From the NCBI GenBank assembly GCA_965247095.1, contig OZ251997.1, positions 3,904,001 through 3,968,000 on the forward strand: a DNA stretch of 64,000 nucleotides, given 5' to 3'. The position numbers and the translations under genes were made by a program. Every line of letters begins with the position of its first letter. The first letter of the stretch is position 1. This document shows, piece after piece, positions 11,345 to 23,015 of the stretch. Under the pieces are notes generated by a model. It made no database searches and had not been told where the DNA came from. It saw only the letters and a program-made list of their open reading frames with translations. This DNA comes from Candidatus Multivorans sp. GTDB lineage: Bacteria; Acidobacteriota; Thermoanaerobaculia; Multivoradales; Multivoraceae.

Positions 11345-11962
11345 CTGAAGGTCCGCAGCGCGCGCTTCGTCATTTCGGCCGTGCAGTCGGCCGACCTGCC
11401 CAGAGACGGTCGCCCTCACATCGTCTTCGCGGGGCGTTCCAATGTCGGCAAGTCGAGCTTGATCAACCGGATGCTCGGGCGCAAGGACCTTGCGCGCACG
11501 AGTTCCAAGCCGGGGCGTACCCGTACCGTCAACTTCTTCCTGATCGACGAGTCGTGGTACGTGGTCGACCTGCCGGGCTACGGCTACGCGCGGGTTTCGA
11601 AACGCGAGCGAGAGGCCTGGGGCCGGAGCGTGGACCGGTACCTCGGGTCGGCTGCGGGCTTGGCCAGGGTGGTGCTGCTGGTGGATGGTAAGGTCGCCGG
11701 CACACCACTCGACTCCGAAGCGTATGCGTACCTTCGCAGTCTGAAGCTCGACCCCGTGGTGGCGGTTACCAAGATCGACCGTGTCAAGAGCGGGGCTCGG
11801 GCTCGAACCCTTGCCAAGGTTGCAGAGCTGTTGGGAATGCCGTCCGGGGCGGCGCTGTTTCCCGTTTCGTCTCGAACCGGTGAAGGAGTCGCGCGACTGC
11901 TCGGAATGTTGCTGAACCCGGAGTTCAGTCGCGGTGGCGCACCACAGATACCTAGGACCTGA
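11345..11962 (+). CDS. engB: Ribosome biogenesis GTPase EngB/YihA
   Basis: [18 protein letters not shown]; CTG start at 11345 inferred (first GTG at 11381). Confidence 0.92.
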   Translation: MKVRSARFVISAVQSADLPRDGRPHIVFAGRSNVGKSSLINRMLGRKDLARTSSKPGRTRTVNFFLIDESWYVVDLPGYGYARVSKREREAWGRSVDRYLGSAAGLARVVLLVDGKVAGTPLDSEAYAYLRSLKLDPVVAVTKIDRVKSGARARTLAKVAELLGMPSGAALFPVSSRTGEGVARLLGMLLNPEFSRGGAPQIPRT

Positions 11963-11966
11963 GAAA

Positions 11967-13309
<1,343 letters not shown>

Positions 13310-13313
<4 letters not shown>

Positions 13314-14617
13314 GTTCGCCGGTCCGACCCCGCGTTGCCGTGCTGCCGACCGCGCCGTCCTCGGTGCTGGCCGACTACCACGAACTGCTGAACCTCGCGG
13401 GCTACCGCGAAGTCGTTGATCCCTCCGTCGACACGGCGCTCAAGATCAACATCTCCTGGCACTTCTTCTACCCGGGCAGCTCGACCACGCCCTGGCAGCT
13501 CGAGGGCGTCGTGCGGGCGATGAAGAGCGACGGCTACGACCCCGGTCTGATCCACGGCTGTCACAACCGGACCGTGGTCATCGACGCCCGTCTGGGCGAG
13601 CGGGAGAACAAGCAGATCGACGTGATCAGGGCCCACGGCCTGCGCAACGTCCATCTCTACGAGGAGGGCGAGGAGTGGCTTCCGATCCGTGACGCCGTGG
13701 GCGATCTGACCGAGCGCTTCCTGTGCTTGAATGACGTCTACCCGCGGGGCTTCCACATTCCTGCGCGCTTCGTGGGCGAGAACATCATTCACCTGCCGAC
13801 GGTCAAGACCCACGTCTTCACCACCACGACCGGCGCCATGAAGAACGCCTTCGGCGGCCTGCTCAACGAGCGGCGGCACTGGACCCATCCGGTGATCCAC
13901 GAGACGCTGGTCGACCTGCTGATGATCCAGCAGCACATCCACCGGGGCGTGTTCGCGGCCATGGACGGGACCTTTGCCGGGGACGGACCGGGCCCGCGCT
14001 GCATGATCCCCCGGATCGGCAACGTGATCCTGGCCAGCGCCGATCAGGTGGCGATCGACGCGGTGGCGGCGAAGCTGATGGGCTTCGATCCGCTCTCGAT
14101 CCGCTACATCCGGCTGGCCCACGATCTCGGTCTGGGCTGCGGCGATCCGCGCGAGATCGAGATCGTCGGCGATCCCGCGGTCGCCGGCAGGAGCTGGGGA
14201 TTCGTGGGACCGTTCCGGCATATGACCTTTGCGGCGAGGATGCAGCACCAGATTTACTGGGGGCCGTTGCGGCGTCCGGTCGAGTGGTCGCTGCGCACCT
14301 TTCTCGCGCCCTGGGCCTATCTGGCGAGCGTCCTCTACCACGACTCGTTCTGGTATCCGTACAAGGCGAAGCGGCAGATGGCCGAGGCTCTGGCCAGTCC
14401 CTGGGGCCGTCTGTTCGGCGGCTGGGAGAAAGCGAAGGCCGATGCGCGTGGCTATGCCGAGATCCCGGCCGCGCCGGCCGTTCTGTACAGGACCGGTTGG
14501 CGCGCCTTCGTGACTTCGCTCGGCATTCTCTGGACCTGCCTGCGCGAAGCTCCTGAGTTGGCGGTGCGCCTGACCAAGCGCTCGGGCGCAACCGGCGTTC
14601 ACGGTTCGGGTTCCTGA
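13310..14617 (+). CDS. DUF362 family protein
   Basis: [32 protein letters not shown]; CTG start overlapping the rho stop inferred (first GTG at 13340). Confidence 0.8.
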
Positions 14618-14625
14618 GCTGACCG

Positions 14626-17115
14626 ATGATGGGGTGGCCGTGGCGTGAGGCCGGCGCCGCGTTGGTTGTTGCGTCCGCTCTGGCGCTGATGGTCTTTCGT
14701 GCCGGGACTTTTCACCACGGCGCCGGCGCGACCTCTCAGGTAGCGGCTGCGGTTCTCCTCCTGGCGTTTGCATGGGTGGGACGAAGAGCGTTCCGTGACC
14801 CCCTGGCGCTTGCAACGGTGCGGGCGCGTTGGTGGCCGGCGCTGCTGGCCGCGCTCTGGCTCGCGGTCGCGGCAAGCTGGCTTCTGTCTCCGGTCGGGCG
14901 CGCCGGGGAGTCGATCGTCATCTTCTTGTTGCCCGCGGCCTGGGCGGCGGCGGGAATGGGCCGCCTGCTCCGCCTGCCAGGGGCGCGGCGATGGGCTCTC
15001 GCCGGTTGTGCGGCCGTCGCCGTGGCGGCGTCGATCTGGGCCCTGATCCAGCAGCCATTGCACGAACAGGGCCGGGCCGCGCTGCCGATCGGCCATCACA
15101 ACCAGTTGGCGCTGGTGCTGGTTGCGCTGCTGCCGCCGGCGCTGCTCGGCGCCTGGCGTTTGCCGTTGCCGGGCGGCTCGCGGGCGCGCTTGACCGCGGC
15201 CGTCCTCGTGGGTGCGATCCTGATCTGGACCCTGAGCGCCACGGGTTCCATGTCGGGTCTGCTGGCGCTGGTGCTTCAGGTCGGCCTGGCAGCGGCATGG
15301 GCCCTGTGGCTGACGGGCGCTCGGAAGTGGCTGGTCCGGATCGGCGCCTTCCTGGTCCTCGTCGCCGCGCTGACGCTGACCACGAGCTGGGCGGGTTCGC
15401 GGCTTGAAGTACCCGGCCCGGTTCAGCGCCTGGGCGCGGTGCTGCGGCTCGAAGACCCGTCGCTGCTGTCGCGTCGAACCTACGCTGCCGCGGCGAAGGA
15501 CGGCTTTGCCGAGCGGCCGATCCTGGGCTGGGGTCCCGGCTCGTCGAGCTGGACCCTCGCCCGGCACTGGCGGCCGGCGCCCGGCGTTCATCCCCCGGGC
15601 GAGGTGATCACCGACACCCACAGCCTTCTGGCGCAGGCGCCGTACGAACTGGGGGCGATCGGTTCGCTGTTGCTGCTCGGCGTGATCGTTCGCTACGGCC
15701 AGCGACGGCTGGTCGAACTCGTTCGGTCGCGGTCGCCTCGCGGGGATCCGGCCGTCCTTGATCTGCCCGTGGGCCGCTCAGGGACGGCGGCCCGATCCGA
15801 GGACCTGGTCGACGATCCGGAACTCCTGGCGGTGGCAATGCTCGGTTTGCTCGGTACGGGAATCTGCCTGACGTTCGGGGTCTTTGTTGGTGTTGTGGCG
15901 GTGCCCGCGGCGCTGATTCTGAACCTGGGATTGGCCGCGGCAGCGCGCGGTGCGGGAACCGGTGCGGAGGGCTTGCCCAGGAGCTGGCCGTGGCCGCGGG
16001 CTCGGGTTGTCGTGTTCCTGTGGCTGGCCGCCGCATTGGCCTGGTCACTGGAGCGGGCCTGGGCGGCGAGCGCGTACGAACGCGCGATCGGGGCGACTGC
16101 GGCCGAGATCGGTGCGGCGGAATCCTCCGGCGGTGTGACGACCGGGGCCACAAACAGCGGCCCGTCGGAGGAAGCGATCGTCCACCTTCGGGCGGCGGTG
16201 GCGGCGGATCCGCGTTTCCCGCTCTACCACGTGCGTCTGGATCCCTGGGCAGCCGCCAGGGCCGCCGACGGGCTTGCGCCGCTTTGGTTGCTGGCCGGCC
16301 TGGTGGAGACCGAGGACAACGAGCGGAGACGGGAGGCCCTGGAACGGGCCTGTGACCTCGATCCGCTGTCGGCGCTTGCGCCCTTCGAACTGATGCGCCT
16401 GGAACGCGCGGCGGGAACCGCGGCGGGGGATCCGCGAGTGGCGGAACGGGCGGCTCGGGCGATCCTCGCCGAGCCGCTGCTTCTGGCGGCGGTCGTCTTC
16501 GAGGGAGACCCCGATCTGCGGGCTGAGGTCCATCGGGGGATCCAGACCTGGCCGGGCCTGCCGCCGGGCTGGTCCGAGTCGTTCGAGGAGTTGTGGCTGG
16601 GGTTGGACTGGTCCAACGGAGCTGAGGGTCCGCCACGGGATGTGCTGTCCGTCGGCGCCGACGGTCGGGCAGCGGTCTCCTTCAGTTTGTTCGCCTTCCG
16701 TCGTCCGCCGTGGCCTCTCTCGATCGGCGCCGTGCCGCTCCGCAGCCACCGCCTCGAGGCGATCGCTGCCGGTGGCCTGCCGGCCGCGACTCGGTTGCCC
16801 CAGACTGCGCCGGATCGTTTCTGGAGCGTGCGCTGCGGGTTAGGGGTGAGGGGAGCTGAACCTGCTTCAGGCGGCCCCGGTGGCCCTGGCGTCGGTCGCG
16901 ACTACGCGGTTGCGGCCGGCGCCCTTCGCCGCGTACATGGCGTCGTCAGCTTGGCGGAGCAGGCGCGTGGCGCTTTCCTCGGAGTCGCGCCGGGTGACGG
17001 TGCCGGGAAGGCGGACCAGGCTGGCGGTGCCGATGGAGCAGGTGAGGCTGACCAGGGGTCGAGACTCGGTGCCGGGGCCACTGGAGAACAGGGTCGACGC
17101 CACATCGGTCCGTAG
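14626..17115 (+). CDS. O-antigen ligase-like membrane protein with helical C-terminal region
   Basis: Many TM segments; GHHNQLA, ERPILGWGPG, DTHS motifs; 3' end overlaps the convergent GGDEF gene. Confidence 0.7.
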   Translation: MMGWPWREAGAALVVASALALMVFRAGTFHHGAGATSQVAAAVLLLAFAWVGRRAFRDPLALATVRARWWPALLAALWLAVAASWLLSPVGRAGESIVIFLLPAAWAAAGMGRLLRLPGARRWALAGCAAVAVAASIWALIQQPLHEQGRAALPIGHHNQLALVLVALLPPALLGAWRLPLPGGSRARLTAAVLVGAILIWTLSATGSMSGLLALVLQVGLAAAWALWLTGARKWLVRIGAFLVLVAALTLTTSWAGSRLEVPGPVQRLGAVLRLEDPSLLSRRTYAAAAKDGFAERPILGWGPGSSSWTLARHWRPAPGVHPPGEVITDTHSLLAQAPYELGAIGSLLLLGVIVRYGQRRLVELVRSRSPRGDPAVLDLPVGRSGTAARSEDLVDDPELLAVAMLGLLGTGICLTFGVFVGVVAVPAALILNLGLAAAARGAGTGAEGLPRSWPWPRARVVVFLWLAAALAWSLERAWAASAYERAIGATAAEIGAAESSGGVTTGATNSGPSEEAIVHLRAAVAADPRFPLYHVRLDPWAAARAADGLAPLWLLAGLVETEDNERRREALERACDLDPLSALAPFELMRLERAAGTAAGDPRVAERAARAILAEPLLLAAVVFEGDPDLRAEVHRGIQTWPGLPPGWSESFEELWLGLDWSNGAEGPPRDVLSVGADGRAAVSFSLFAFRRPPWPLSIGAVPLRSHRLEAIAAGGLPAATRLPQTAPDRFWSVRCGLGVRGAEPASGGPGGPGVGRDYAVAAGALRRVHGVVSLAEQARGAFLGVAPGDGAGKADQAGGADGAGEADQGSRLGAGATGEQGRRHIGP

Positions 17116-17517
17116 GCGCTCGGCTCGCCCGAACGCCTGGTCGATGTCAGTTCCCGGCAGGACCAGCACGAACTCGTCGCCGCCGTAGCGCGCGGCGAAG
17201 CCGTCGGCGTCGTCGGCGGCGGTCTGTAGGAGCATAGCGACCTGACGCAGGACGTGGCTGCCGGCCTGGTGACCGTGCCGGTCATTGACCCGCTTGAAGT
17301 AGTCGAGGTCGAGGAACAGCAGGCCGAGATCCTCGCCTCGGCGCTCCGCCTCGTCGATCGCCGCGGAGAGAGCGTCGTGGAGAGCGCGGCCGTCGAAGAG
17401 ACCGGTCAGACTATCCCGTCCGTGGGCCGGCTCGCCGCGGCGAGCAGCGACGACTCTCCGTATCGCGGCCGCTGCCTGAGCCGCCAACGTTCGGGCCGAG
17501 GTGTCAGGCGGCGGCAT
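16867..17517 (-). CDS. Stand-alone diguanylate cyclase (GGDEF)
   Basis: DSLTGL, DLDYFKRVNDRHGH, RYGGDEF, ADDAMYAAK...GRN. Confidence 0.92.
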   Translation of the reverse strand: MPPPDTSARTLAAQAAAAIRRVVAARRGEPAHGRDSLTGLFDGRALHDALSAAIDEAERRGEDLGLLFLDLDYFKRVNDRHGHQAGSHVLRQVAMLLQTAADDADGFAARYGGDEFVLVLPGTDIDQAFGRAERLRTDVASTLFSSGPGTESRPLVSLTCSIGTASLVRLPGTVTRRDSEESATRLLRQADDAMYAAKGAGRNRVVATDARATGAA

Positions 17518-18050
17518 CGGTCAGCCGCTCCAGGCGGGCGCGGTCCCCGTCGGTGAGTTCGAGGGTCGCCGCGTCGTTGGGTGACAGGGTCAGCGCGTCC
17601 TGGAGTGCCTTCCGCCGCCATTTCGGATCGCGGTAGATCGTGTTGGCGGTGAATGAACGGCGCTCACCGGCCGAGAGGACGAGCGGGAACGACTTGCTGG
17701 TGATCGCCGGGCCGCCGCTCCTGCCGAGCGTCTCGATCGTTTCGAACAGCTCGGGAATGGCGAGTTGGAGACGGCCGGTGGCGGTCTGAACGCGTCTCCA
17801 CGAGGCGGGGATTGGCCCGGATCGCCGCCTTGAAGGCGCTTGCGAACAGGGGCCTGCCGCCCTCTCGCAGGGCGGTCCGAAACTCCTCGACCTGTTCCGG
17901 CGAGAGGCCCTGGGACACCGCGATCCGCGAGATCGCGAAGGACCCCGAACGCTGCCTTTTCCTGGGCTCATGCCCGCTCCTGAACTTCGGTTTGGATGTT
18001 TCGAACGGCGCGCGGGTGTTTGGTACTGAGCTTATGCCCTCCGTTTCCAT
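17504..18050 (-). pseudogene. Hypothetical protein apparently split by a +1 frameshift near 17795
   Basis: The GC3-rich, protein-like frame switches from ORF 17664..18098 to ORF 17504..17971 at about 17795. Confidence 0.55.
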
Positions 18051-18079
18051 TGGGCTCGAGGCTGCTACCGTGCGGGCCG

Positions 18080-18919
18080 GTGAGTCGGCCGCACACAAGC
18101 GTTCCCCCGCTCCGTCGATCCCTGGGCCAGCATCATCTTCGGCATCCCGGGTCCGCGGCGCCGGCCGTCGACTTTCTGAACGTCGCCGGTCGCAGCGTAG
18201 TGGAGATCGGCCCCGGCGGCGGTGTGCTCACCCGCCTGCTGCTGGAACGCGGCGCTAGCCGCGTGATCGCCTGCGAACTCGACCTGCTGTGGGCGATGGA
18301 GCTGCGCCGCCGGATCGTGGATCCGCGCCTGGTCCTGGTCGCCGGCGACGGCTTCGACCTCCGTTACGAGAGAGCGCCGGCCTCGACCCGGATCGCCGGC
18401 AACCTGCCGTACAACGTGGCGACCCGGATCGTTCTCGCCGTCCTCGAGCGGGCGCCGGTCGGCGCCCGGGCCGCGTTCCTGGTGCAGCGTGAGGTCGCGG
18501 ACCGGCTGACCGCGGAACCGGGCGAGTCCGACTACGGAGGGCTGAGTGTCCTGGTCGCTGCCCGGTCGACGGCGCGCCGGCTGTCGGTCGTCCAGCCCGG
18601 CAGTTTCGTGCCGCCACCGGCCGTGACCAGCGCGTTCGTGGGACTGGAGCGTGCCGCGCCGCCGGTCGACGAGGCGGAGTGGTCCGCGTTTGCCGGCTTC
18701 GTGCGCACCGCCTTCAGCCAGCGGCGCAAGACGCTGCTCAACAACTTTCGGCCGAGCGTGGGTCGGGTTGCCGCCGAAGCGGCGCTCGCGGCGCTGGACC
18801 TGCCGCGCAAGGTGCGGGCCGAGAAGCTGGGCCTGCCTGAGTTCGTTGCGCTGTTCCGGGAGATGAAGAGACTTCGTCAGGCGAAGGACAGCCAGACTAG
18901 CGCGGCAGAACTCGCCTAG
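18080..18919 (+). CDS. rsmA: 16S rRNA adenine dimethyltransferase
   Basis: SLGQHHL, EIGPGGG, GNLPYN, FSQRRKTL; GTG start inferred. Confidence 0.92.
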   Translation: MSRPHTSVPPLRRSLGQHHLRHPGSAAPAVDFLNVAGRSVVEIGPGGGVLTRLLLERGASRVIACELDLLWAMELRRRIVDPRLVLVAGDGFDLRYERAPASTRIAGNLPYNVATRIVLAVLERAPVGARAAFLVQREVADRLTAEPGESDYGGLSVLVAARSTARRLSVVQPGSFVPPPAVTSAFVGLERAAPPVDEAEWSAFAGFVRTAFSQRRKTLLNNFRPSVGRVAAEAALAALDLPRKVRAEKLGLPEFVALFREMKRLRQAKDSQTSAAELA

Positions 18920-18962
18920 GTCGGCGCACCCAGTTTTCGCCGCGCAAGCTACTAGCTGCATA

Positions 18963-20538
18963 AGTGCTTTCCAATCCTGAAATGAGCGTGAACGGGACCG
19001 TCATGGAGAGTCGAGTCGGGTCGGTCTCGGGGTAGTTCTGGGGCGGCAGACGGTTCTGCACCGTCTGCCGCCTAGGGTAGCGCCCGCTGCGAGGCCGCGG
19101 CGGTTGCGGGCGTTGTGTTCCGGCCTGGGCCGATGGTGTTGTGCGGTGTATGGCATCGGGCTGCGCGGTCTGCGGTTCAGGCGCTCCGGCGCCGGTGGGG
19201 ATCGGACTCCCGGTCGATGAGTTCGAAGAGTCTGGCACGAGCCAGCTTGAGGGCGATCGCGGCGTCGAGGTCGCTCGTGGCGCCGGCCTGGTCTTGGAGG
19301 GCGGCGATGGTGACGCCGGGCCTGAGGTACCGCTCCGCGTCCGGCAGGGACTTGAGCTTCTCGAACGGCGTCATGGTGTCCTGGTAGCGGTAGCGTTTCC
19401 TGGTGCGGCCCTTCCTGTCGGTGACCTCGGTGGGAAACAGACACGGGCGATGGAAGTTGAGGAAGGGGGTGAGCACATCGCGTGCGAAGACGTTGATCTC
19501 GCGGGCGAAGAGCTTGGGGATGTGCCGGTATCCGAACTGGCGCCGGATCACGTTGCCGTTCTTGCTCTCGACCAGGGCGTTGTCGTTGGTGTGCCGGCTG
19601 CGGGACTTGGTGAACTCGGGGACGTGCAGTTGGTTGAGCATCCCGGCGACCTTGCGGTTGATGTACTCGGAGCCGTTGTCGGCGTGGAAGCCCAGCACCT
19701 TGAAGGGGCAGGACTCGATGAGCTCCTTGAGCACCGGCACGAGACACCGTTGGGAGATGGCCCGTACCGTCGCCACGTGCTCCCACTGCAACACCTCGTC
19801 CACGAGGTTGATGTGGTACACGCCCTTCTCGCCGTCTTTGTCCCCTTGGTGCACCGTGTCCACCCGCAGGTAGCCCGGCTTCCCCTCCGGCTGGGGCTTG
19901 CGTCGTTCCCCGATCCCGACCGCGGTCGACCGCGTCTTCTTGAACGTCGTCCGGCGCCGCTGGTAGGTGGTCGACTTGCGCAGGTTGTAGAACTGGCCGT
20001 TCGAGATCACAGCCAGACGCTCGAAGCGCTCGTCGCCGTACAGCTCGAACTGGCGCCGCATCACCGCCCGCGTGCTGTGACCGCACATCTGGCCCAGTGC
20101 CGCGTCGACCTCGGCGAGAAGGCCGATGTCGGCCTTCGTGTAACGCCGCCCGAATGCGTGAGGCGGCGCACCGCGGCGGTCCTCGATGCGGCCCGTCTCC
20201 CGGTGCTGCCGGATCAGCCGCGTCAACTGCGACTCGGACTTCCCGGTCATCTTCATCAGGTAGCGCCGAATCATGCCCTTGTCGCGCCTCACAAGCGCCC
20301 GGTAGCGGAACCTGACCAGCGTCTCACGGATGAACTCGTACGTCGATCCGCGGTCCACCACCACGAAGTCCACCGCCTCGTTGCCGGCCACGAAACTGCG
20401 GACCTCACAAAGAGTCTGAAGTCGGCGTGTCTGGAGCGTCACGATCATCCTCCGATGATCCCCGATACCGGCGCTTCACGCTCACTTCTCGCTGGATTCA
20501 CGCACCCCGCTCACGCTCACTTCTCGCTGGACAGCTCT
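18963..20538 (-). mobile_element. Insertion sequence with rve/DDE transposase (ISNCY/IS481/IS1202-like; family uncertain)
   Basis: Imperfect terminal IR (AGTGCTTTCCA...TGAGCGTGAA and TCACGCTCACTTCTCGCTGGACAGCTCT); GCATA direct repeat at 18958-18962 and 20539-20543; 21-bp subterminal motif at 20476-20496 and 20511-20531. Confidence 0.8.
19177..20448 (-). CDS. Integrase-core (rve) DDE transposase
   Basis: PGYLRVDTVH (D), FHADNGSEY (D), NDNALVESKN (E). Confidence 0.9.
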   Translation of the reverse strand: MIVTLQTRRLQTLCEVRSFVAGNEAVDFVVVDRGSTYEFIRETLVRFRYRALVRRDKGMIRRYLMKMTGKSESQLTRLIRQHRETGRIEDRRGAPPHAFGRRYTKADIGLLAEVDAALGQMCGHSTRAVMRRQFELYGDERFERLAVISNGQFYNLRKSTTYQRRRTTFKKTRSTAVGIGERRKPQPEGKPGYLRVDTVHQGDKDGEKGVYHINLVDEVLQWEHVATVRAISQRCLVPVLKELIESCPFKVLGFHADNGSEYINRKVAGMLNQLHVPEFTKSRSRHTNDNALVESKNGNVIRRQFGYRHIPKLFAREINVFARDVLTPFLNFHRPCLFPTEVTDRKGRTRKRYRYQDTMTPFEKLKSLPDAERYLRPGVTIAALQDQAGATSDLDAAIALKLARARLFELIDRESDPHRRRSA

Positions 20539-20619
20539 GCATATAGCCATATTCGACTTTATCGGCTACAATCGTGTACCCGTGCATGTTCCCGTCATGG
20601 CTGGTTGTCGAGGGCGCCG

Positions 20620-22953
20620 GTGATCCGCTCGGACGATGGCGTTCGGCGGTTCGGTCTGGGCGGGCTACCGGCGGGCAAGAGCGTCGAACTGATCGGCCTC
20701 CTCCTGCTCGCCTTGGGCGCGTTGCTGCTGCTCAGCCTGCTGAGCTACCAGCCGAGCGACCCCAGTTTCATGCGGAGCGGCGCGAACTCCGGTGGGACCG
20801 AGAACCTGATCGGTCCGGTCGGCGCCCAGGTTGCGGCTGCCGGCTACGGGCTTTTGGGGCTTGCGGTCGTGGTGGTGGCATTGGCGGTTCTCGGCCTGGG
20901 CTACCGGCTCGTGCGTGCGCGCGGCAGCTTTCCCTCGTTGCTGCAGGGCGCCGGCGTTGCCATCGCGCTGATCGCCTTGCCGAGTCTGATCGATCTCGCT
21001 GTCGGGGAGGTGCAGATCCGCGGCGAGCCCCTGGTTGCCGGCGGTCTCGTGGGGTCAACGATTTCCGGTGGCATTCAAAGCCAACTGGGAACCATCGGCG
21101 CCGCGGTGATCGCACTGTTCGGGCTCGTGTTCGGCGTCGCGTTGACCATGCGAGGCAGCCTCGATGAGTGGCTGGTCGGGGTTCTGGGCCGGCTGAAGGG
21201 ACTGGTCGTTCTCCTTACGGGGAAACTGAGGCGCGGGCCGAAGACTGCCAGGGCGAAGAAAGCCGGCGGACGTGCGAAAACAGCCACCGCCACGCCTGTC
21301 GCCGACTCGCCGCATCAAGAGCTCAGGCTCCGCAAGGCGCTTCCGGAGCCAGCACGGTCGGAGGAGTCGGCTCCTGGGGTGGCGGCGCCGCAGGTGCATC
21401 CGCCTGCATCCTTGGCGGCCAAGCCGAGCAACGGCACGGGCGCACAGACCGCCGATAGCCCCGAGCTGCCGCCGATCGATCTGCTGTACTGCGAGGAAGT
21501 CGACTCGGAAGTCAACGAGGATGAAGTCCGCGAGCTCGGCGAGCTGATCTGTGCCCGCTGTGCGGAGTTCGGTGTCGAGGGGACGATCGAGGGGATCAGC
21601 CCCGGCCCGGTGATCACCGTCTTCGAGTTCCAGCCGGCGCCGGGGATCAAGGTCGCCCAGATCATCAATCTTCAGGACGACCTGGCGCTCTCGTTGAAGG
21701 CGGAAGCGATCCGGATCGATCGCATGCAAGGCCGCTCCACGCTTGGCATCGAAGTGCCGAATGCGCGGCGAACGGTCATCCCGCTGGGTCGCCTGCTGGA
21801 TGCCCCCGAGTTCCGGGCGAACAAGTCGCCCCTGACCATGGCGTTGGGGCGGACCCTGCGCGGCGAGCCGTTCTACGCCGATCTGACGAAGATGCCGCAC
21901 CTGCTGGTTGCGGGCGCCACCGGCGCCGGCAAGAGCGTCGGTCTGCAGGGGATGCTGACTTCGATTCTGTACAAGGCGCGAAGCGATCAGGTCCAGTTCA
22001 TCCTGATCGACCCGAAGCGGATCGAACTGGGGGTCTATGCGGACATTCCGCACCTCAAGACCGCAGTCGTGGTGGAGCCGAAGCAGGCTGCCAACGCTCT
22101 CCGCTGGGCGGTGGTGGAGATGGAGCGTCGCTACCGGCTGCTGGCGGAGGTGCATGTCCGATCCATCGCCTTCTACAACCAGGCGATCGCGGATCCGGAG
22201 GTGGCCCGGCGCCTGCGGCTTCGGGACGAAGAGGCGGACGAAGGGGTGGGGCCGCGCGACTTCGAGCCTCTCCCGTTCTACGTGATCGTGATCGACGAGC
22301 TGGCCGACCTGATGATGGTGGCGTCGTCCGAGGTCGAGACCTCGATCGCCCGGCTCGCGCAAATGGCCCGGGCCGTCGGCATCCATCTGATCGTCGCCAC
22401 CCAGCGCCCGTCGGTCGACGTGCTGACCGGCACGATCAAGGCGAACTTCCCGTGCCGGATGTCGTACGCGGCCGCCACGCGGCACGACTCGCGCACGATC
22501 CTCGATCAGGTCGGAGCGGAGAAGCTGCTGGGCAAGGGCGACATGCTGTTCATGCCGCCCGGCAGCGGCCGCACGATCCGTCTGCACGGCGCCTACGTCA
22601 CCGAGCAGGAGACGGCCGCGCTGGTTCGCTGGCTCAAGCGCCAGGGCCAGCCCAATCTGGATCCGGCGGTGCTGGAACCGCCGCCGGAAGATCCCGCTGC
22701 TGCCGGAGGTGAGCACGGAGGCGGAGACGCGCTCTACGACGAGGCCACGCGGCTGGTGGTCTCGGAACGGATGGGATCGGCGAGTTTCCTTCAGCGTCGC
22801 ATGAGGGTCGGCTTTTCGCGTGCCTCCCGCCTGGTCGACCTCATGGAGCAGGACGGAATCCTGGGGCCGGCGCAGGGCAGCAAGCCGCGCGAGGTCCTGG
22901 TGCCGCCGGACTTCTTCGAAGAGATCGAGCAGTCGCAGATCGCTTTCGAGTAG
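20620..22953 (+). CDS. ftsK: DNA translocase FtsK
   Basis: N-terminal TM domain; MPHLLVAGATGAGKS, IDELADLM, ATQRPSVDV; gamma domain LQRRMRVGFSRASRL; GTG start inferred. Confidence 0.93.
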   Translation: MIRSDDGVRRFGLGGLPAGKSVELIGLLLLALGALLLLSLLSYQPSDPSFMRSGANSGGTENLIGPVGAQVAAAGYGLLGLAVVVVALAVLGLGYRLVRARGSFPSLLQGAGVAIALIALPSLIDLAVGEVQIRGEPLVAGGLVGSTISGGIQSQLGTIGAAVIALFGLVFGVALTMRGSLDEWLVGVLGRLKGLVVLLTGKLRRGPKTARAKKAGGRAKTATATPVADSPHQELRLRKALPEPARSEESAPGVAAPQVHPPASLAAKPSNGTGAQTADSPELPPIDLLYCEEVDSEVNEDEVRELGELICARCAEFGVEGTIEGISPGPVITVFEFQPAPGIKVAQIINLQDDLALSLKAEAIRIDRMQGRSTLGIEVPNARRTVIPLGRLLDAPEFRANKSPLTMALGRTLRGEPFYADLTKMPHLLVAGATGAGKSVGLQGMLTSILYKARSDQVQFILIDPKRIELGVYADIPHLKTAVVVEPKQAANALRWAVVEMERRYRLLAEVHVRSIAFYNQAIADPEVARRLRLRDEEADEGVGPRDFEPLPFYVIVIDELADLMMVASSEVETSIARLAQMARAVGIHLIVATQRPSVDVLTGTIKANFPCRMSYAAATRHDSRTILDQVGAEKLLGKGDMLFMPPGSGRTIRLHGAYVTEQETAALVRWLKRQGQPNLDPAVLEPPPEDPAAAGGEHGGGDALYDEATRLVVSERMGSASFLQRRMRVGFSRASRLVDLMEQDGILGPAQGSKPREVLVPPDFFEEIEQSQIAFE

Positions 22954-23015
22954 CGGCGCTGTCCGCCGGGAACGGGGGCGCCCTGGCCGGCGAGTCGCGT
23001 AGTCTCCCGGGCATT

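Noticed and set aside
19141-22953. 1270-aa ORF suggesting an N-terminally extended or fused FtsK
   Set aside because: Most of the first ~490 codons are the antisense frame of the transposase; stop-free antisense frames are common at this GC content
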